A stretch of DNA of 64,000 nucleotides, from positions 64,001-128,000 of the forward strand of contig JBGASG010000007.1 in assembly GCA_044229845.1 (NCBI GenBank), written 5' to 3'. The stretch's first letter is position 1; each line of letters opens with the position of its first letter. Below are positions 57,176-64,000 of this stretch, piece by piece. Made by a program: the position numbers and the translations under genes. This DNA is from Candidatus Obscuribacteraceae bacterium (GTDB lineage: Bacteria > Cyanobacteriota > Vampirovibrionia > Obscuribacterales > Obscuribacteraceae). The notes below the pieces were generated by a model. The model worked only from the letters and a program-made list of their open reading frames with translations. It ran no database searches and was not told the origin of the DNA.

Positions 57176-58108
57176 CTAGTTGGGGATAGCCTCACCAGGA
57201 GCGCAGACCTCGCTGGTTTGCTTGGCATTGTCTGCTTGCGCCGATCGCACAGAGTTGTCTGGCAGCGAGGCTATAAAGTCAGCAAACGCTTTTTGAAACT
57301 CCGGTCCTCCCACTTCGCTGCAATCGTTATGGTGTGCGCCTTTTAGCATGCAGAGAGTTTTAGGCTCGTTCGCCGCCGCGAAGTTTTTCTCGCCGTGCCA
57401 ACGCGGTATTACCGGATCTTCGCTGCCGTGAATCACCAGAACCGGCACGTGAATCTCTTTGAGGTTGGCGGCGTTGTCCAGCATCGGATGCGGAAAAAGG
57501 ATGTTGGGGTAGATCTTCAAAACGCCAAAATGCTCTCTGGCAATTTCCGGCAGGGAAGAAAAACCGGACTGCAAAATCACACCGGCACACGGATGATTGC
57601 GGGCGACACGAGTGGAGACGGCGCATCCAAGCGACTCGCCGACCAGTATGATGTTTTTGCCCGTGTATCCCAATCGGTTGACGGCGTAGTTGTACGCCGC
57701 CTCACCGTCGTCGCAGATGTTGGGAACTGACGGAGAGCCGGTGCTCTTGCCGTATCCCTGGTAGTCGTAGGCGAGCACCGAGACACCCGACTTGAGCAGA
57801 GCGTCGATCATGTGAAAGCGGTGGATGATGCTGCCTCCGTTGCCATGATTGATGATGGCGATTTTATTCGAATCGGGACGGCGGAAAAACCAGCCGTGCA
57901 GCTTTGATTTGTGACTGCTTTCGATGGCGATATCCTGGCGCGGAAAGCCGTTCACCGACTCGATATGGTAATACTCGTGGTCGCCCCGAGTGGGGAAAAA
58001 CATGAGTTTGTTCCAGAGGGGTGTTGCCACCGCTGGCGATATCACAACATAGAGAATTGCCAGTAGCGGCACTGCGATTTTCAGCAACTGCATCGTTTGT
58101 TCGTCCAT
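57176..58108 (-). CDS. Membrane-anchored alpha/beta hydrolase (ABHD13/BEM46-like)
   Basis: HGNGG, YDYQGYGKS, GESLG, IHGSEDPVIP, GAHH. Confidence 0.92.
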   Translation of the reverse strand: MDEQTMQLLKIAVPLLAILYVVISPAVATPLWNKLMFFPTRGDHEYYHIESVNGFPRQDIAIESSHKSKLHGWFFRRPDSNKIAIINHGNGGSIIHRFHMIDALLKSGVSVLAYDYQGYGKSTGSPSVPNICDDGEAAYNYAVNRLGYTGKNIILVGESLGCAVSTRVARNHPCAGVILQSGFSSLPEIAREHFGVLKIYPNILFPHPMLDNAANLKEIHVPVLVIHGSEDPVIPRWHGEKNFAAANEPKTLCMLKGAHHNDCSEVGGPEFQKAFADFIASLPDNSVRSAQADNAKQTSEVCAPGEAIPN

Positions 58109-58159
58109 GGTTGATTTGGCGGTGGGGAGACGGCGCCCGGCAATTTTACTTGTGCGAGT

Positions 58160-59095
58160 TTAGCGGGCTGGTTGGGTGTGGACAGTTAATGAAGTGTCTG
58201 CCGAAGGCAAACTGGCTACGAATTCTTGAAGAGCGGCGTTGTAGCGGCAGCCGCCGACTGCGACGAAACTGCGATGAGCAGCGCCCTCGACCCGGAACAA
58301 CTGTTTGGCGTTGCCGGCAGCCGCGTAGTTGATCAGCGCATGGCTGAACGGAATGATCTCGTCGGCGGTGCCATGCACTATCAGCACGGGCGCATCGATA
58401 CGAGTCAGATTGGAGGCATTGTTGAAGCGTTCACTGAACATGCAGTCGGGATAGATCTGCAGGATAGGCAAAGTTTCTTTAGCGATTTTGGGCAGCGATG
58501 CGAAACCCGCCTGCAGTATCAGTCCGGCGCAAGGACGTCGCATAGCCACCTCGGTTGTGACGCCGCAGCCAAGAGACTCGCCGACCAGAATGATGTCGCG
58601 ATTACTGAAGCCGAGCTTTTGCGCAGCATAGTCATAGACGGTGAGTCCGTCGGTGCAAATGTTTTCAATCGAAGGCCGGCCTGTGCTTTTTCCATATCCC
58701 TGATAGTCGTAGGCCAGTACCGCAACGCCTGCATTTCTGAAAGAAGCGATCATGTCGTTGAGGCGGACGATAGAGCCGGCGTTGCCGTGACTGATGATCG
58801 CCAGTTTCGTGCTCGCTCTGTGCGGCGGAACCCCCTGGCCCTTCGCGTTCGCCGATGGAAACAGCCAGGCATTCAGCATTGCATGGTTCGTGGTCGGTAT
58901 ATTCAGTTCCGTGTGCGGGAGATCATCGACAGTAACTAGAAGCGGCGCCGGTTCGTTGAGAGAGCTTGGTTTGAACAAGGCGCCATTCCAGAGCGGTTCC
59001 AGCACCAGCGGTGAGGCGCAAACATAAAGCATCAGCGCCGGCGTCATGATCGCCAGTACCGCTTTCAATGTCCGCGACAGGCGCCCAACCAACAT
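58160..59095 (-). CDS. Alpha/beta hydrolase, tandem paralog
   Basis: HGNAG, YDYQGYGKS, GESLG, VHGTADEIIP, GAAH. Confidence 0.92.
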   Translation of the reverse strand: MLVGRLSRTLKAVLAIMTPALMLYVCASPLVLEPLWNGALFKPSSLNEPAPLLVTVDDLPHTELNIPTTNHAMLNAWLFPSANAKGQGVPPHRASTKLAIISHGNAGSIVRLNDMIASFRNAGVAVLAYDYQGYGKSTGRPSIENICTDGLTVYDYAAQKLGFSNRDIILVGESLGCGVTTEVAMRRPCAGLILQAGFASLPKIAKETLPILQIYPDCMFSERFNNASNLTRIDAPVLIVHGTADEIIPFSHALINYAAAGNAKQLFRVEGAAHRSFVAVGGCRYNAALQEFVASLPSADTSLTVHTQPAR

Positions 59096-59183
59096 CTCGG
59101 TTTCCTCCCCATACTTCTCAGCCTATATCACCAGCTGAGGATCCGGCGTTTGCCGGACCACTTAATGAACTGAAATGAGATGC

Positions 59184-60479
59184 CTAAGGGGCGAGGATTT
59201 TTGCCAGGTTGTCTTTGGCTTCGTTGGGATAAATCAACCACCAGCGATCGAAACTGCCCCGCACAAGCGCTTCCACGGTTTGAGAGAGCGTGGAAAGCTC
59301 TTTGATATCGCCCTCTTCGGTGCGCACCATAATATTGGTTTGCGGGTGAGTGCTGTCCGGACGGTAGTAATCGTAAGGACGAATGCCCTGTTTCTCGACA
59401 GAGACATAGTAATCGGGATCGAGTCCCGTTTGTGCAACGAGATCGCGCGCACGCTTTTCGATTTCTTCCACTTGCTTCGGGTTATGGGCGGGCAGCCGCA
59501 ATGCCCCGAAGAGACGGCGATTGAGAAACCGCGACGAGAGATCGCTCAATATAGAATCTTTGTCCTTCGCCCACTGTTTGATGTGATAAGTCATTTGCAC
59601 ATCATCGAGCTCCAGATAGTCCTGAACTGTCAGGTCTTCTCCGCCCAACCATTTCTTAGTCTGCGGATCCATGAAAGAGATCTCGTCGCCGAGCATGCCG
59701 GCGCGTTTGATTACCTTGCCGAGGAGCGCGCGGGCAGCCAGATTCTTGCGATGGTAATAGACTTGCGAATACATGGAGTAACGAGCGAAGAGATAGTCTT
59801 CGACCGCCATCTGACCTTTCTCGCCGGAGACGACAATGCGGTCTTCCTCTTCATCGACCTCCAGAGAAGCGAGTATGCGCTGCAGCGCGAAGAGTCCATA
59901 AGCGGTGCCGGTCATATAGCTGTCGCGCAGCAGGTAATCGAAGCGGTCGCAGTCGAGCTGGCTGGATACGAGGTCCGCGACGAATTTCGGTCTATATGTA
60001 TGTTTGAGGATAGAGGTAATCTGCTCGGGCAACGCTTCGTCGTAGGAACGCAGAACCTGGTTTACCTGTGTGTTGCCGGTGATGATTTTGCAGGACCACT
60101 CTTCGTGATCGTAGTGGAGAATTTTTTCGGTGACGTGGCTGTACGGTCCATGTCCCAGGTCGTGCAACAGTGCGGTCGCCATGATCAGCTGACGGCGCTC
60201 GGCGGCCGCGGGGCATTTCTCAGAAAGCAGATCGATGGCTTTCGATGTCACATGCATGACGCCGACACAGTGCGTGAATCGAGAACTCTCAGCGCCCTGG
60301 TATGTGAAGTAGGTGACGCCTAACTGATGTACGCGCCGCAGGCGCTGAAACTCAGGTGTATCGATCAGATCTATGACCAGCCCTTCGCCAGGCTTGCTGC
60401 GATCAAGCGCGATGTCGTGATGAATCGGATCGAGGTAGGTGCGCTTTGATTGAGTGGCTCGCATGACGGCGGTTGGCAT
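59184..60479 (-). CDS. HD-domain phosphohydrolase (SAMHD1-like dNTPase family)
   Basis: DPIH, FQRLRR..QLG, RFTH, LLHDLGHGPYSH, LDCDRFDYLLRD. Confidence 0.92.
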   Translation of the reverse strand: MPTAVMRATQSKRTYLDPIHHDIALDRSKPGEGLVIDLIDTPEFQRLRRVHQLGVTYFTYQGAESSRFTHCVGVMHVTSKAIDLLSEKCPAAAERRQLIMATALLHDLGHGPYSHVTEKILHYDHEEWSCKIITGNTQVNQVLRSYDEALPEQITSILKHTYRPKFVADLVSSQLDCDRFDYLLRDSYMTGTAYGLFALQRILASLEVDEEEDRIVVSGEKGQMAVEDYLFARYSMYSQVYYHRKNLAARALLGKVIKRAGMLGDEISFMDPQTKKWLGGEDLTVQDYLELDDVQMTYHIKQWAKDKDSILSDLSSRFLNRRLFGALRLPAHNPKQVEEIEKRARDLVAQTGLDPDYYVSVEKQGIRPYDYYRPDSTHPQTNIMVRTEEGDIKELSTLSQTVEALVRGSFDRWWLIYPNEAKDNLAKILAP

Positions 60480-60484
60480 AACGG

Positions 60485-60988
60485 TTAACCGGAAGAAGTG
60501 GACGGTTCGCTCTTGTCCCGCAGTGCACCGAATATGGGCAGCAGCAGAGACGCCAGTGCGCAAAGAATCGTGGCACCAAATACGATGCGCGAAGTTTCAT
60601 GCAGGTGGGTGAACATCTGGTGGGCGGCGGCGTCAGTTTTCAGGCTGGGAAGCAGGGCTTCCATGGGCGGCACGAAGCCCAGCGAAAAAATCATCGCACC
60701 GATCACGCAGAGCAGGCTGGTGGCGTACTGCGCGATCGTCAGCTTGCTCCAGTCGCGTCGTTTCGCGTAATCGAGACCTTCGCCGAGCAGCAAGAGTACG
60801 GCTGCACCGAGCATCACTTTGCTGAAGTGAATGAAAATCGGTGCGTTGTTGAAGGCGGCCTCGGCTGTGGTCATGCCGTTAGCGACGCCGGTCTTGACCA
60901 GAACAATGGCAGCGAAGACAATGGCTGCAGAGCCTCCGAAAAGGATGGCCAGTGCAATCGTGCGCAAAATCCGGCCCAGTAGCAGCAT
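60485..60988 (-). CDS. 4-TM membrane protein (DUF4149-like)
   Basis: Four hydrophobic helices; FTHLHETS motif. Confidence 0.75.
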   Translation of the reverse strand: MLLLGRILRTIALAILFGGSAAIVFAAIVLVKTGVANGMTTAEAAFNNAPIFIHFSKVMLGAAVLLLLGEGLDYAKRRDWSKLTIAQYATSLLCVIGAMIFSLGFVPPMEALLPSLKTDAAAHQMFTHLHETSRIVFGATILCALASLLLPIFGALRDKSEPSTSSG

Positions 60989-62835
60989 TACTTAGGTGAC
61001 TCAGCCGACTTCTCGCTGCCTGCCGCCTCCACCTTCTTCGCTGATGCAGGGACGATTTTCAATGTGCCGAGCGAGAATTGCTGACCGACCGTGTGCGGTT
61101 CATTGCGTCCATCTACAAATTGAATGGCGCGCTTGGTGGACGGATCGATGAGCGACAGCCAGACGGTGTATTCGCCGGGCGCCAGATTGCTGACGGCCAG
61201 CTCGGTGTCCCATTCAACGGGCTTGCCGGCTGCCCACATTTGCGTCGGCATCTCGGGAGTATGCAGGGTCTGCACCAGCGGTTTGCCGGTCGTGTCGCGC
61301 AGCTCCAGTTGCACCTTGAAGCTGGCCGCTACGTCCTTGTCGAACGCGCGTTCCGGGCGCATGGGAGACGCGGCGCCTACATTAATGAAGGAAAACTGCG
61401 CCGGCAGCTTGTCACCAGCAGGCAGCTCAGTTGGGATCACCACCTTCTGGGCGATCACCTGGTGACCCATGTGCGACGCCAGTTGATCGAGAGCCTGCTG
61501 CATCGTTGCATCTTGGGATAGAAGCAATTCGGGGGGCATTTCGACGTAAGAGATGCCGTCTTCCAGCGCCGTCTTGGCGATCTTGGTGAGGTCTTCGGCG
61601 GTGTTGTCGCTGGTCAATCCGAGACCGGTCGTGGTGTCATTGTGGAACTTGAGCAGCAGGCGCCAGTCGTCGAAGCTGTGCTTGCCGTCATGAATTCCCT
61701 GGCGGGTGAGGAAAATCCGGTTGCCGTAGCGATAGACCAGGTAATCGCCAATCTCGTCGAGCAAGTCCTCGCCCTGGCGCCCCGGCAAAGGACCGTTCAA
61801 CGTCAAATTGAGACGACCGGTGGTGAAGCCCTGGGGAAACAAGTCGGCAACGTACTTCCAGTGTTCGACCATTTTGCGTCCGGTCAGACCGTTTTCTTTT
61901 TCGAGGCGGGTACGCAGGGCCCCGCGATCGGCTTTTTGAGCCACGTCTGTTTCCTGGAGCGGCCAGTTAGGCAACACTGATTGCAAACCGAGGAAGCCAC
62001 CACCGGTAATGCCGACGCTGTGGATGGCGGGGTTTTTGTCGTAGCGTTTGCCCATGTCTTTGACGAAGTTGGACCACTTAGCCAGATAGGTCGAATCCCA
62101 GAAAATTGGCATCGTGTGCCATTTGCCATCGCGTCCTACGTAGTCGGTGTACTTCACTTCGTCTTCAAACACCCAGGCGGGCGTGTCCGAAGGAGCGAGC
62201 GGCATCTTTGTTATCGCTACTACTTTTTCTTTGCTCGCACTGGTGGCTTCGGCTGGCTTGGCATCGGCTGCTGCGTCTGTCGATGTGGCGGTGTCGGTCG
62301 CCGCAGCTGCGGCCGATGTGTCGGTGGCGGCCGGTGTTGTCGTCGCCGGAGGCAAAGCTTCAACCGGCTTGCCTTCGGTCCAGTCCAAGCCGGCGGTGGA
62401 CACGCGAACAATTACAGATTTGTTGTTTTTGGCGGCCAGATCGACGATGGCATCGAGCGGCTTCCAGTTGTAGTCATCTTCGGTGGGGTTCAAAACAGCC
62501 CAGGGAAACATGACCGAAACGCCGTTGATGCGCGGATTGGCCAGCAACTCGGCGATGTACGCCTGATCGTTTACTTTTTCGCTCGGGACGACGGCGAAGA
62601 ATCCGGACTCTTTGTTCAACACGGCTTTGGTGACCGGCATCTTGCCGGCCTTGAAGGCTTTCTTTTTAATCGCCCGGTCTTGCGACTGGTTGAGATAGCC
62701 CTTCTTCTTCGGCAGTGGGTTCAAATATTTGATCATGTCCGTGGCAGCGCCGTACGCACTGGTCGTGGACACGAAAACAAAGTTGCTAAGCAACAACACA
62801 CCAACCAGTGTCGTGCGTCCGGAAGTAATTGACAT
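60988..62835 (-). CDS. Secreted glycoside-hydrolase-like TIM-barrel protein (GH42/DUF4832-like)
   Basis: W..LNP.EDDYNW..LD, P.W, PIFWD..YL, RYD.NP, C-terminal LAPGEYTVWLS beta-sandwich; AGGAG RBS. Confidence 0.7.
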   Translation of the reverse strand: MSITSGRTTLVGVLLLSNFVFVSTTSAYGAATDMIKYLNPLPKKKGYLNQSQDRAIKKKAFKAGKMPVTKAVLNKESGFFAVVPSEKVNDQAYIAELLANPRINGVSVMFPWAVLNPTEDDYNWKPLDAIVDLAAKNNKSVIVRVSTAGLDWTEGKPVEALPPATTTPAATDTSAAAAATDTATSTDAAADAKPAEATSASKEKVVAITKMPLAPSDTPAWVFEDEVKYTDYVGRDGKWHTMPIFWDSTYLAKWSNFVKDMGKRYDKNPAIHSVGITGGGFLGLQSVLPNWPLQETDVAQKADRGALRTRLEKENGLTGRKMVEHWKYVADLFPQGFTTGRLNLTLNGPLPGRQGEDLLDEIGDYLVYRYGNRIFLTRQGIHDGKHSFDDWRLLLKFHNDTTTGLGLTSDNTAEDLTKIAKTALEDGISYVEMPPELLLSQDATMQQALDQLASHMGHQVIAQKVVIPTELPAGDKLPAQFSFINVGAASPMRPERAFDKDVAASFKVQLELRDTTGKPLVQTLHTPEMPTQMWAAGKPVEWDTELAVSNLAPGEYTVWLSLIDPSTKRAIQFVDGRNEPHTVGQQFSLGTLKIVPASAKKVEAAGSEKSAESPK

Positions 62836-62994
62836 CGGTTCTCTCCTGTAGGGGCGTGATGCGCCCGCGCATGTCATGTTATCGCACGAAACCGGTTTCT
62901 ATTTTGCATATCGAACCTAAATATTAGGACAGCACAAAATGCCGGACGCAGATGCTAGGATTTGGCGCAGCTGGCTGGGCATCCGAGGTGCTGT

Positions 62995-63732
62995 GTGAGT
63001 CTTACGTTCTTGGGGCATTGCGCCTTTAAGTTCGAGCTGGCAGAGTTATCTATTTACATCGATCCGTACATACAAGAGCCGATTGATTCGCGGCGCCTGT
63101 CTAGAGGTGATGTGGTTCTGCTCACCCATGGTCATTTCGATCACGGCGTTCTTGCTTCGGCACGCCTTTGGGAATCTTGGAAATGCAAGTTTGTGGCGCC
63201 GCGCAATCTGGTCGACTGGATGCACCGCAAGTACCGCAAGGTGATTCCGCCTGAGTACATTTTGCCGCTTGATCACGGAGAGTCGCTGCAAATAGGCGAT
63301 CTGAAGATCACGGCGGTGCCCGCCTCGCATCCCACGACCCGGCTCGGCAAAACTATGATCGCGCTCTTCGCCCGCAGCTCTGCGCCCGGAGCCCCCGTAA
63401 ACGGCTATCACTTCGGGGGGTATTACCATTCGGGCGATACGATTTATACGCCGGCGATCGCGTCTGCACTGAAAGACGTCGAGATTCACACGGCTTGCCT
63501 GCCAATCGGCGGGAAATACAAAGTAGCGACGCCGCAGGAAGCGTTGCGTATTGCGGAAGAGATTCACGCTCAGCGGGTCGTGCCCATGCACTTCCAGCCG
63601 CTTGTCGAGCAGGTTCCTCAGAAGTACCAGCCCTCCCACCTGACCAAGCTGGCGCGGTCGACAAACAGTCCGGTGACTGTTTGTCCGCTGGCAATTGGTG
63701 AGGTTCTCGAGGATTCTATCCAGCGCCTCTAA
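62995..63732 (+). CDS. MBL-fold metallo-hydrolase (UlaG-like)
   Basis: FLGH, IDP, THGHFDH, YHSGDT, LPIGG, VPMHF; GAGG RBS. Confidence 0.9.
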   Translation: MSLTFLGHCAFKFELAELSIYIDPYIQEPIDSRRLSRGDVVLLTHGHFDHGVLASARLWESWKCKFVAPRNLVDWMHRKYRKVIPPEYILPLDHGESLQIGDLKITAVPASHPTTRLGKTMIALFARSSAPGAPVNGYHFGGYYHSGDTIYTPAIASALKDVEIHTACLPIGGKYKVATPQEALRIAEEIHAQRVVPMHFQPLVEQVPQKYQPSHLTKLARSTNSPVTVCPLAIGEVLEDSIQRL

Positions 63733-63768
63733 AGGCACCAAATACAGTGGCGAAAGCCATGGGGTTGC

Positions 63769-63784
63769 CATGACCTAGGTCATG
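63769..63784. promoter_or_regulatory. Perfect 16-bp palindrome, with a second copy at 12204-12219
   Basis: CATGACCTAGGTCATG; 18/19 identity with 12201-12219. Confidence 0.55.
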
Positions 63785-64000
63785 ATGTCAGTTGCTTGCA
63801 AGCGGGCTGGTTGGCAAGTTTTGAGACCTGCAGTGCGATTGCAGCATTCCGAGTAAAAAATAAAGAGATTCTATGGATTTGTGATATTGCCCAGCCAGGT
63901 TGGCATGATGAATCTACACCTCGGTATCCGTAAACAAGCACTACAAACTCACCTCCAGAACGGAAGCAATTAGATGCTCGACACTGTGGGTGCGCGTATA

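Noticed and set aside
62916..62928. Palindrome CCTAA-ATA-TTAGG in a divergent promoter region
   Set aside because: Only 5-bp arms; could arise by chance

Overview
Gene-dense bacterial chromosomal segment of moderately high GC. A non-photosynthetic cyanobacterial relative (Vampirovibrionia/Melainabacteria-like) is suggested by gene content and protein style; this is inference only. Most of it is housekeeping: hemA-hemC-hemD-hemB, cysS/gltX, murD-ftsW-murG, gcvT-gcvH, ffh-rpsP-khpA, ychF, yebC, a DHH-CBS tRNA nucleotidyltransferase, a UvrD-type helicase, a Cu(I) P-type ATPase, tRNA-Ser(CGA) and a small SRP RNA. I saw no integrase, transposase, CRISPR array or rRNA. The most unusual items are: (1) a PLD(HKD)-XRE-HTH fusion gene preceded by three copies of a palindromic operator-like motif and a 5-unit array with 11-bp phasing; a close copy of the array recurs 50 kb away behind a different inverted repeat, with no gene attached; (2) an ffs / MshEN-like / stand-alone sensor domain / degenerate pseudo-histidine-kinase cluster; (3) several intergenic palindromes and inverted repeats built from palindromes; (4) a His-rich NfeD, a truncated SPFH paralog and a flotillin running into an AAA kinase, a BtuF-like binding protein and the hem operon; (5) an acidic protein with a 24-bp x14 tandem repeat; (6) a 73-nt rpsP/khpA overlap. 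Product calls come from motif recognition by eye, and many start codons were re-chosen from RBS context.
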